This document shows, in pieces, positions 1-10,755 of a stretch of 38,643 nt of DNA. Source of the stretch: Toensbergia leucococca (taxonomy: Eukaryota); assembly GCA_022813965.1 (NCBI GenBank), contig JALDZS010000032.1, forward strand, positions 124,001 to 162,643, read 5' to 3'. Each line of letters begins with the position of its first letter. Position 1 is the stretch's first letter. Under the pieces are notes generated by a model that was given only the letters and a program-made list of their open reading frames with translations, had not been told where the DNA came from and made no database searches. A program made the translations under genes and the position numbers.

Positions 1-2117
1 TCGATCCAAAGCAATCAATTGTGGTATGCAAAGGCCATAAAGCGTATTCCAAGAGCACAGTTGGGAAGAAGGTAAATGATTCTAGAAGCGTTATCATAGA
101 TATACATAGAGTCATAGACTACTTCAGTTCTCTGAGAGCGTGCATCAAGTCGAAAAGTAGGACTGACAATGAAAAGGATGATCGAGGAGCTTTTGCCACC
201 CATGTTCCAGAGGATTGAGCCATTGAGACGAGGTATTTCATACACGCTGGATGTATGCCGCCATGAGAGTGAGTAATGTTCCATCAAGGAGTCCATCGAT
301 AAATTCGGGCTTTTAATTTCGTGATCGGATAGCCATACAAGTAGTCCCACGCGGTATCCATTATTTAATTGATCACCAGACACGTCTTTGGCGCAAGGCC
401 TTCGGCGCCTGAGTCCATATGGATGAGAGAGCTTCGAGAGAAAAGTACCTCCTGAGTCAAGTTATCAAATTCCTAGAAAACACTTTCAATTGTTCAGCAT
501 TGGCCTCTGAATATGCCGTAGGTGTGTTGATAGGGTTGATCATGAAGGATGGTATATGGTCTGAGGTGCAGTGTTGCCTCTGTTGATGATATTGAGTTCT
601 TGTAGACCCGCTGTGGGAAATCCTAGATCCGTCTGCACAGGATTGACAGTGGTACGTGAGGTATCCCAAACAATGCCATGCTCTATAAAGCAACCAGACT
701 CTTCACTGCCTTAGAACATGCACAGATGGTCAGATCCTTTGCAGGAAGGATAAATCATAGCTCGTTTGTGGCACAGATATGGCAAAGCCGCTCCACACGG
801 GATTATTGTCAATCGGTAGCAGCGTCCAAATCTTGACAAAATGTACTCCAGCATTGTCAGAAAGGTATGAGCCTGATTGCCTGAAATGGTACGGAGCGAG
901 AAAATTGTATCTTGGGCTCCTATGGCTGGCATTGTCGGAAGCAACATTGAGCAAGGGGGAATTTGAATCTAGTCTTTGACAAGAACGCGCATCAGTAAGT
1001 TTCAAACACACCTCAATGCCCCAAAAATGACTCGCCGAATCAAAAGGGCACAGAAATTGAGATTGTCATATTTCAGCTGCGTGCGATTTCGCCACCACCA
1101 TTAAGTAGCCCCCAACTGCATCTTGTCGTCTGCTGATGATAGACGATTGATTATCGTCAAGGAGATTGCATCATGGGCGCAGAGAAAGGAAAGCAGTAAC
1201 ACATTCTCCTATCGGAGCTGTCTTCTTCACAAGTGCCTCTTGTCTCTCAACTCACTATCAATATTAAGGACGATGGGGATGTTTAATTCAGACATAATTG
1301 TACCGAGAAAGTAGAAATAAGGCCAAGGTACCTTGCTCGTGCACGTTCATTTTGTTTGGGGAAGGAATACATTGGGGTGATGATCGAGGACCTGATCAAT
1401 CAAGCACCTCGGCCTTGCATCGCTCTTCAAGCCAAGCCTCTGACAGTGGATAGATAGGTATATGTACTAGGCAGGTAGGGCTCGGAGCAAGAAATAGATG
1501 GGGCCACCTTTGATCTCGCATTTGCATAGCTTGGCTATTTAGGTACTCGTGGTTTTAGAAACTAGTCGCTCTGATGGTAAAGGATATTGAAAGTCTCCTC
1601 CCTGTTAACCTTTTGAAAGAAGGTACGAACATAGAAAGATTACAGGACATCCCGTATCCTCCATGACCTCCACGTTCCGTATGCTGAGGCAGTTGGATCA
1701 TATATGATTACACCACAACAGTCAGCACTCAAGTAAACAAAGAATCATCAAGTCACGAGCCTGACCTGAGTCAGATTTCAAAATTTCTATTCTTTCTGTA
1801 CCTGTGGAGTTATGACATGGCCGTGAACACATCAAGCGTACACGATTACCACCATTACCGGGGCAAATGCTATGCAAGGCGGCTGTCAAGAATAAACCTG
1901 CGCTTTTCGTAGAACCAAGATTGCCGTCAATGCTGGAGAGTGCGTTATGCGACGTTTAGCAAGAAAAGCGATCATACAAGAAGTGAAGATCCTGGCCAAT
2001 GCTGCTCCTTCCTAACCGTGCCAACGGGGTATGCAGGGGATTTGTAAGACGAGAAAATTAATCCGCAAGGATGATCCAGATCAAGCTCCGAAAGCCGTTG
2101 AGTCAAACGGTGCAAGA

Positions 2118-3105
2118 TCAATTCGGGCACGCTGCCTGAACGTGACCAGGCTGCTTACACTTGTAACAGACACGCTCTGAAGTTGGCTCCGACGGGCAAT
2201 CGCGGCTCAAGTGACCGACTTCTCCGCCTGCTTAAGTTAGTACTTGATCGTGTATGAATCAAATCTAGGGGCGATCCATACAATTGTAGCATTTTTGACC
2301 CTGGGTGCAGTCGCGAGACATATGCCCATAGCCTCCGCACGAGTAGCAGGTCTGTCCTTGACGTCCTCCACCTCCACCTGCACCATAGCTACCACCGTAG
2401 CCTCCTTGACTCTGAAAGCCGCCTCCGCTGCCACCTCCATAATTTCCAGCGCCAGCTTCAGTACAGTTGCGAGCAATGTGACCGATTTTGCCGCATTTGT
2501 AACATTCTTGACCACCTCCGCTGGAGTAATCACCTGCACCACGTCCGGCTCCACCGGCACCAGGATTGGGACAGTCGCGTGAAATATGGCCAGCTTCGCC
2601 GCAGCGGTAACAGGACTTTTCCTTTTGGGGAGCGTTGCATTCACGGCTGACGTGTCCTTCCTCTCCACAATTGTAGCATGTCGGCGTTCCACGCTTTGGG
2701 CAATCTCGAGCCTGATGAGAGCTATCACCGCCTGTATGATAATATTAGCAAGACATGTCTTTCCAAACGCTGTTATCCCCGAAGGTAACATGGTCTTGAT
2801 ACAAGCGCAGACCTGCTTCAACCTAAATCACACAACATGTCTAGAAAGTCAAGACGAGGCGAAATAGTGAAAAAAGACTTCAACAATCAAATCCTCTGAT
2901 AGACACTTTGATACAAATCTGTGTTCCATGGCTAAGGCATGGTAGAGCCAAAAACCTATTGCGCGCGGCCACCAATAGATGCGGCCGGTATGAATTGGTT
3001 TTTAGGAGAAGTAACATGGAATGACATTGAAGTGGTCGCATGCAGGGGACAGAGTGGGGCCTTACAATTGTAGCAACCGCGTCCACCTGGTGCCTGGTAA
3101 TCCAT
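2118..3105 (-). CDS. GIS2: CCHC zinc-knuckle RNA-binding protein (CNBP/Gis2/Byr3 family), 199 aa
   Basis: The ORF track misses the correct frame. Exons 3105-3066, 2731-2282 and 2227-2118 (600 nt) give [45 protein letters not shown]...[16 protein letters not shown]. This has repeated CX2CX4HX4C knuckles and a Gly-rich linker. Introns are GTAAG..GCTAAT..CAG and GTATGG..TACTAAC..CAG. Confidence 0.93.
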
Positions 3106-4160
3106 AAGTAGTGTGGTTTCGAATTCTTGGGGCGAGAAAGTTGGGCTGTTGAATGCGAAAAGTTGGGTTGAAAAGCAAATCTAGAGACAGTGAGAGGCAG
3201 AACACGGTAAGCCAGAGCTGGAGGATGGATACACTTGCCTAGGAACTGGTATGTATGAGCTTGCGTATGTCTGAGAGGTATGGCTCGTCGCAGCAAGATT
3301 TGATGCCAAGGTGAGGTTTGAGATGTTTGGACCCGAACCTGAAGTTTGGCGCGAATAAATTTCACCGATCGTGGGGCGACCTATCCGTAAGATGTTTATC
3401 TATTGGCTCGCTTAGATCAGGAACGAACCCTCGACCAGCCTGGAAACAGACGTTTTGCACCTTCCTAATACCTAGAAGCCCAGGTAGGTTCCTACCTACT
3501 CTACCTCCTCGTTCCCTACCACCTACCATATCTAAGGTACTTGAGATGGAGCACCTTTTCCTCCCGTAATGGGCGACGGCTCATCACTACGTCTTTCCAA
3601 ACAATCGTTTGGCAATGTTTGCATGGGTTCTCTTAGAGAAGTCCACTCAACTAACGTCTTCAAGTGATCAGCAACGGCGACAAGTGTTACAGTTATTGAT
3701 TCGTCTTTCAACCAGTTCTGCGCTGAAGAGCTACCAATTGGCCAGACGAAGTAGGAAAGGAAGCCTGGAGACTTCCAAAAAGAGCAAAGCATGCAGTGCT
3801 GGGACAATTTCAATTTGAAAGCAGCAAATGTAATGGACCTTTATGTTGGACCATGAGTACGCGGAGGAGTTCAGGATCAATTCTTTGATACCTCACCTTT
3901 CCTTTTTCAAACTCTTGCTTTCAACTCAATTTTGAATGCTATGCAAGATGTGATGAGAAACAGAAGAATGCCTGACCATAGAAAAACCTTGTACTTCGGC
4001 CATCCTGGATTTATACTCACGATTTCCACGCTGTTGAATTCGTACTGACGCGAGTACTCGTAGATCCAGACACCTTTCCGCTCCATACCCCATCTGAGCT
4101 ATGTACCTTCTTGACATAGCGGATTCGTCACTCTCTGCCCAAGCTCTTCGGGACGTCAAT

Positions 4161-4919
4161 TGGGTTCATTCAGGACAGTCATTTTTTTAAGATTATATAC
4201 CGAAATTTATCACTGATACTCAGGCGTTCTCATGGTTACCACGGTAGGTGTTTTAGGGGTACCTCGGTGATGTATGAACATTACCTCTCAATATGTGAGC
4301 GCAATGTCGCATATTCTAGAGAAATATCATGATTTCACAATGCATTCACACTCAGTTCTCAACCTCTTTTGCGTATTTATATACACTTGTATTTGCGTGT
4401 TATTGAGAATCAAATTTATCTATGAGACAAAACATGCTTTTGTATCATATTCTGACTCAACACCTCACCCTGCCTCAGTTTTGCACCCTATCTACCTACT
4501 CAGTGGGTTCATGATGAATAGATAGAGATTGATGAGATAGATGAAATGCGTCAACGTCACTCTCAGGGATGAGAGGATGCGGTGAAGAATCTAGCAGAAA
4601 CGCGGTACAATATCATGATAATTCTTTTGAATAATCATGCTGCCTCCAGGTTGCACGCAATTGAGGGTGTAGATCACATGCACAATTATCAAAGAGCTGA
4701 GGCAAGATATAGTGTGAAATCATGATGATTCTCTATGTGATGTTTGCGCCTGAGCACTGAGCAAGTGATCAGCGTAAAAAAGGGGCGTCACCAGTGTCAG
4801 TGTATCATTTCACAGCGCTAAAAGTACCTAGAATACTGTGATCACTATGAGAACTTCAGAGTATCAATGATAAACTTCAGTTGATAATCTTAAAAAAGTG
4901 ACTGTCCTGAATGAACGCG
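4161..4919. mobile_element. Non-autonomous Mutator (MULE)-type element / MITE with long imperfect TIRs and a 9-bp TSD
   Basis: The left end TGGGTTCATTCAGGACAGTCATTTTTTTAAGATTATATACCGAAATTTATCACTGATACTC matches the reverse complement of the right end, CGCGTTCATTCAGGACAGTCACTTTTTTAAGATTATCAACTGAAGTTTATCATTGATACTC. Similarity continues patchily for about 200 bp. GACGTCAAT is directly repeated at 4152-4160 and 4920-4928. There is no transposase ORF. Confidence 0.88.
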
Positions 4920-5250
4920 GACGTCAATGCTCAAGATCAGAGAGTTTTCCATGTTGTCTTTATAATAAGAGGCCAACAATGAAGAGGGATCCAACCCCGC
5001 TGTGGTCTTCACCTACGGCGTATAAGATAGCTTACAAAAAGGACATAGCTCTAGTCAATCCGACGATGCACACGCCAAGTATGCCAGGGCTTGAAATAGT
5101 GCTCTATGGCGTACTGACCAAGGAACAGAAGATTGTGTGAAATATAATGCATGGAAAAGGGGTCAACAAACGGTAACGAGAGCGTGATGAGTACGATCCG
5201 AGTTTGATTATCCTGAAAGGAGTGTGAATTCTATACAGATATCTTTATTG

Positions 5251-6961
5251 CTAAGAAAAATCGTATACAAATAGAGCTTGGGCTCCTTGGTCTTTCTCCC
5301 GGAGTACAATTACTTTCTCCTCATCAAACGCCACCCATCCTCTTGCAATCTCCAGTTCATCAGCTACGTGCTCTGGAGACAGCTCTAGGCACGTGCCTCT
5401 CTGCTCTGTTGTTTCTTGGAGGCCACGATTCACGCTGCTATTTCTTTCTGGTCGAATCTGAACACTGACCTTCGCCGGAGCCTGCCGTCTTGAGGACAAA
5501 GACGACGCAGTCCCCCCTTCGAGTTCCCAGATTCTGATCTCATTTCCGTGTGTGCTTATAGAGACCGCTTTACCACGGTCACCAACATGTGCACCAGACA
5601 CTGAGGATGTGTGGCCCCAAAGCCGATTCCCAGCACCAACAAACAAATTCTCTGCCGTCGATGTCACCATGTATAAAGTTAAAGTGTTGTCTGGATGAGA
5701 TGCAAGGAGATAAGGATGAGTATAGGATAGTGAAGTGGGTCTAGTCGAATGAGAGATCATGTTACTGTACATGCCCTTGATGGGAGATGAGCCTCCTCCT
5801 AAATTTGGTGATGACATGCCAGATGACGGAGAATGCAAAGGAGTGAATCCTTGATTTAGCGCCGTTGCCAGACGAGATTCCAATATGTCACCTTCTGGAC
5901 CGAGTCGAAGTTCTTGCAGACCTACGGACCATCCAGATAGGTATGTAGGTATTGCATATGCTATTGATGCGACAATACTCGCCGAAGAAACTCTAATGGA
6001 CAGAGAGAGCGGCGGCCAAGCCGTGTGGGACTTCAGCGATGAGAGTAAACGTGGAGAAGACAGGGCACAGTCAATCTTCATAATCTTTGTGCCAAAAGTA
6101 TAGAGTGAGAGAAGTCGAGCCTCTGTCATTGTAAGAATATATGGTGAGGCATAGGCGATAGCCGAGATCATGCCGTTGATTGACGGAGGATGGGTGTAGC
6201 GATGCGTGAAAGTCCGGAGTATCTTTTGGAGCGAGTAGATACTAAAGCGTCCATCCGCGAAGCCGACTGACATGCTCAAGATATCTCCATCAGAATTAAG
6301 CGTATCCAACACTAAAGAAGTTGGTGGTCCAGGTCTCCTAGAATCTGTTTCATCGACGTACAGAGCCATGGTAGCAATGAGTCGTTGTTCTTGTTGTATG
6401 GTCCATGCTCTTAGACCGTTGGTCGAGTCAACGGTGACGACAATGTCTTCATGCAATCGGACAAGTAGTGGCGGTATTGACGGGTGCTCGGAAATTTTAA
6501 TCTCACTGATATCACAGCTTCCACGCGACCACTTATGCCGTAGTTTGTATTGCCTCATCCAGTTGGTGGCCTTTCCTTTTTTGACAAGGTGGTCATCTTC
6601 GAGCCACTTAGAGATTCTAGACGAGTAATACAAGGAATTCGTTGACTTGTTACAACGTCGAATACCTGGTATGCGTGAAGCCCGAGGTCGGACGAAACGA
6701 TTGTAGAAGGCCGACTTCCATAGCTGTTGATCACCTGCGAGAGCATTCAGACGGTGAGACAGTCTTCGCGATCAGCTAAAGTCTGCGAGGATATGCTCAT
6801 CTAGCGCACCTTTGACAAAGAGCCAGACTCGAAATTGGCAAGTACGAGAGGGTCCTGAGAAGAATCTCGTCACTCATCGACGATAATCTATCGGGTACAC
6901 CGTGTCGCAAGCGTTTGAAAGGATGGTCGTCAGCAACGCTCTCACGCAGACGTTCAGACAT
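5251..6961 (-). CDS. F-box domain protein with probable C-terminal beta-propeller/WD-like region, about 554 aa
   Basis: Exon 1 (6961-6810) encodes MSERLRE...DRLSSMSDEILLRTLSYLPISSLALCQR, an F-box motif. A 46-nt intron (6809-6764, GTGCGC..GCTGAT..AAG) follows. Exon 2 (6763-5251) continues LSHRLNALAGDQQLWKSAFYNRFVRPR into the 460-aa ORF, which has a WD-like LWGHTSSVS...IRIWEL segment. Confidence 0.88.
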
Positions 6962-7207
6962 GCTCAACGATCGCGATTATGTCCTGGAGTGCTTTATCAA
7001 ATGTTAAAGCACTGGAGTTACTACCTATGTAGAGTATCGAGTGACGTTTATTGGCTGTCCGCCATGCAGAACATCGGACCGAGGTTCGGATAAACCCAAT
7101 CCACTTTATCACGACGTCGCGTTCTCCAGGCTTGCCTCGTGCCTGGTAACTAAGAACAAAGCACGCTTAGAAAATGCAAGAAGAGCATCGTCATCTTTGT
7201 CTGGCCG

Positions 7208-10146
7208 ATGGAGGCCTTTCAGAGACATAAGACGGCCTTGCTCAACGCGTTCAACAAGGAATGCAATATCTTTGACCACGTGTTGAAAGAGGAGTTCACC
7301 CGCTGTAAGTACTCGTCTGTCAGGTTCAATGGGTGTAGGAGTACTGATGATCGTAAACGAGGGTAGGCGAAGATGAAACGAAATCACTGGTCCAAGAGCT
7401 TGATTCCTTGCGAGGCCGGCTATCGAGAATCGAGAAATTGGAAAATGAGAATAGCAATCTTCGTTCTAGGCTAGAAGTATCCGATCAAATCTCACTGTCA
7501 AACGCTTCGACGCACACGAACCACGTATCTTCCAACCTCAATATATCTAGTCAAGAGACCAAGCGTAACAACAGCGATGAATGTACACCTAAACCTAATG
7601 ACTCCACCATAGATGTCAAAGAATATCACCGAGTTCAACGTCTCCTTGCAGAAAGTAATCGTGAGTATGGGAAGGTGAAGAAGGCGCATGTAAAGCTCCT
7701 GTCAAAATACGGGCGAGAAAAAACCAAATGGAAAACGTGGGTGAAATACATTCATTGCGTGTTCGCGAAAGATGCAGAGAAGAAAGCTCGAGGCGACACC
7801 GAGAATAACAACCATACTGCAATTACTATTCTTGCTAGACATGATCTTATCACAAGTCCGGATACTCCTTCATCGTCCGGAGAAAATTCCACCCCGTGTC
7901 CTGGGAATATCTTTCCTTCGCCCATTTCGATCGAGGAAGCTGTAAAACACCCCAGGTTTCTCCATCAGTATGAAAATTTAGGCCTAGACAAAACATCTCA
8001 TGAGAGAGGATCAACCGATAATGACGACGTGAAACGAAATGATTCACATAATGTCCTGAAACACACTGAGCATAACAGTTTTACGGAGGCGCCTGCAAAT
8101 TCTAACGAGATAATTCTATCTGTAGCTGCTCCAGCCAATCATCGAGAAGGTCTCTGGCCACGAACTATAAAGCAAAATGTGATTTCAGAAGAGGACGAGT
8201 CCGAATATCCAATCGTGATTTCGGAACGCTCACTGAAAAGAAAACACTCTGTGGAAGCGCGCGATAAAACGAACAATAAAACTTCACTATCGGGCAGTGC
8301 TGCGAAGCCTCATCTTGTCAAAAGCGAGCACGACTCAAGTAGCCCTGTTCCAGCTACCGCCTTATACCATACCAGTGTTGTCCATGATAGCCTGGATTTG
8401 GATGAGTTTGGGGATACAATCTCGACTCCAAGGAAGAGGCGTCGATTGGAGGAATTGCGGCGGCGGTCATCAAATCTGAGGCCATCATCTCCAATACAGC
8501 AAGAACAAACGCTGCTAGAAGACATTAGAAGAAGCGACGATGACGCAGTAATTGCAGATGAAGTTCATTTTTCAAGAGATGAAATCGAGGATGGATCGGA
8601 CGATGGGTTACCTATTTTTGACAAAGCCTATTTCGATAGCGCTGCCGTAGATGATATCGGGCCTATCGAGAAGGTACAGTCAAAGACTGATCATCGCCAA
8701 GAACCTATGCTCGAATCCAACAATGAATATCATAAGACGTCACAAGGGATACGTTCCTCGAAGCTGGCTATGCAACGAATGAACAATCAGAGGACCATCA
8801 ATAGGCAAGCTAGGATAGACGATATACATGAAGCATTAGAAATTAGTCGCCCTAGGCTGGATGAACTGACCTCTACCACCTTTGAAGTCCCTGCACTTCC
8901 TAATTCTAGCAAGGCCATGCAGATCAGTGCCGAGGTCTCTCATGGTCCCTTCAACAAGCTAGACGCGAGTGATTCTCGAATCCAGGAACAGATGGAGCAG
9001 ACCCAAGCTCCTGTCCACAAGCCTGCAGCATTAAGGCTTGTCGACGGCAATGCTCTTATCCTGCCAAGAACTGGTGTGCATTCTCTGAAACCAGCCCCAA
9101 GAGCTCGGAACCGTCGCGATCATGGCGCTTCTGCTGTCCCTCTACTAGCTGAAGATGGAGAGAGCAATACTACCAGCGAAAGGCTTGTTAGTCGGCGATC
9201 AAGCCCAGTCATCTTTGCAAGCGGGAAACATGGATTGGGAAGCCCTGATTCTAATGTCACTCGTCAATCGCCTGGTACGCATCGTCGACTTGGAAACCTA
9301 CTTACTGAACCGTCACTTTTGAAGCCACCTTTGCACTCTCACGTTCTTGACGAAAGTCCAGCTAGATTATTGAGGAGTTCGGGAACACGAACAAAGCAAT
9401 ATAACAGAAACACTTACATTACCAAGTCCTCTGCTACCCCCTTGGAACGCGGAAAGCGCTTTTCACCTGCGCATAAGGACACGAGAGACGACGCAACTCA
9501 TCAAACCGCACAATATAGAACGAAAGATGTGGATAGTCCTCTAAAATCAGCTCTACTAAACCATCCAGATAAGGTCTTCCCAGACCACGAGCCGCTCCGA
9601 GCTCGGCCTCTGCATCGCTTGCATCTCGACAATTTCAAGATCAATCCGGCTACCAACCACGATCTCACTTTTGCGTACCATGAGGTAGTACGCAACCGAC
9701 AAGAACGGAAATGCATGCCGGGCTGTATGAAACCAACCTGCTGTGGTGCAGTGTTCCGCAAGATGGTAGAGCTAGGTGGTTTCACCGAACCGCGAAATTC
9801 AGGCCTGTGGGAATCTTCCCAGGTAGACGAAGCGGAGGACGAATGGCGCCTACTCGAGGACTACCTCGGTAACGATCGATCCTCTTTGCATTGGATCGCA
9901 GATGCGGAGAGGCGCGAGCTTCTCATACAAGCTCGAGGTAAAGTGTTGGCCAATCAGCATGGCAAGCACCGAGGGGCTCACGAGCGTAGAAGCACGCCGC
10001 CAGGGTTCTGGGAGACGGATATGCCGACGACGCAGGAGGCTGAGAAACATAGGGAGGCGGCGATGGTGATGGAGAGAGAGAAAGTTGCGGAAAGGTACAA
10101 GGAAGCTATGCGGCCAGATGGGAGGTGGAAATTTAGGGACGAGTAG
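7208..10146 (+). CDS. SAE2: Sae2/CtIP/Ctp1 family DNA end-resection protein
   Basis: Exon 1 (7208-7304, MEAFQRHK..), intron 7305-7366 (GTAAGT..CTGAT..TAG), exon 2 (7367-10146) in frame with the 912-aa ORF. N-terminal coiled-coil character, a disordered middle, and C-terminal FKINP..EVVR..CMPGCMKPTCCG..GKHR..STPPGFW..DMPTT motifs typical of the Sae2/CtIP C-terminus. Confidence 0.88.
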
Positions 10147-10755
10147 CGACGGCGAATTGGCCAAGACAGTGAACTGCTTTTCAGATGTGGTTATGACCAT
10201 TGCATTTGTCAGCTGTGGTTCGATAGAAGATGTGGAGTAGCTGACTATTCCTGCTTGTGTTTGCTGTACCCCATTTGTTGACTTATTGCAACTTTCGACC
10301 TAGCATGTGCCAGCTATCTCATAAGCAATTCATAGGATAGCGAAAAAGAAAAGTGAGCAGCCAAGACACGCTCCAACATCCGTAGAGTACGCTAATTAAC
10401 CAGGTAGATATCAAAAACTTGTTACTCCGACACTAAAAGCGTACATCTTAAAGTGCTACAAACGTAAGGAATGTTCAATGCTTCCATTCCAGGTATTTAC
10501 AGAAAACGTAAACATATAGCACAAAATCCCCCAATTTCTTTTGGTTTCCCCTTGGCGCTGCGGCCGACCACGACTCGCTTGCCCGCCAATTTGTGCAGAA
10601 AAAGCAAATCAAAGCCGAACGGGGCTTTTGGCCGGTACCATTTTGACCAAGCAGCCCATAGGTCAGTGGCCGAGGTAGAATTGACAGCTGTCTGGGTTGA
10701 TACAGCCCTTGCAAAGGCAGGCTGCGTCTGCAGAATTGCTCCAAAAACGCCTCGC

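Noticed and set aside
1..1320. Several short ORFs on both strands (for example 15-383 minus, 730-1011 minus, 779-979 plus)
   Set aside because: No recognisable motif, and I could not build a consistent spliced model. A decayed gene cannot be excluded without BLASTX.
2237..2867. ORF-track entries 2237-2821 (minus), 2244-2582 (plus) and 2586-2867 (plus)
   Set aside because: These are alternative-frame or antisense shadows of the GIS2 coding exon. The real frame encodes CCHC knuckles.
3460..3540. Cluster of TACC/CTACCT/AGGTA motifs upstream of GIS2
   Set aside because: This low-complexity motif is common in fungal intergenic DNA, with no regular period and no evidence of specific function.
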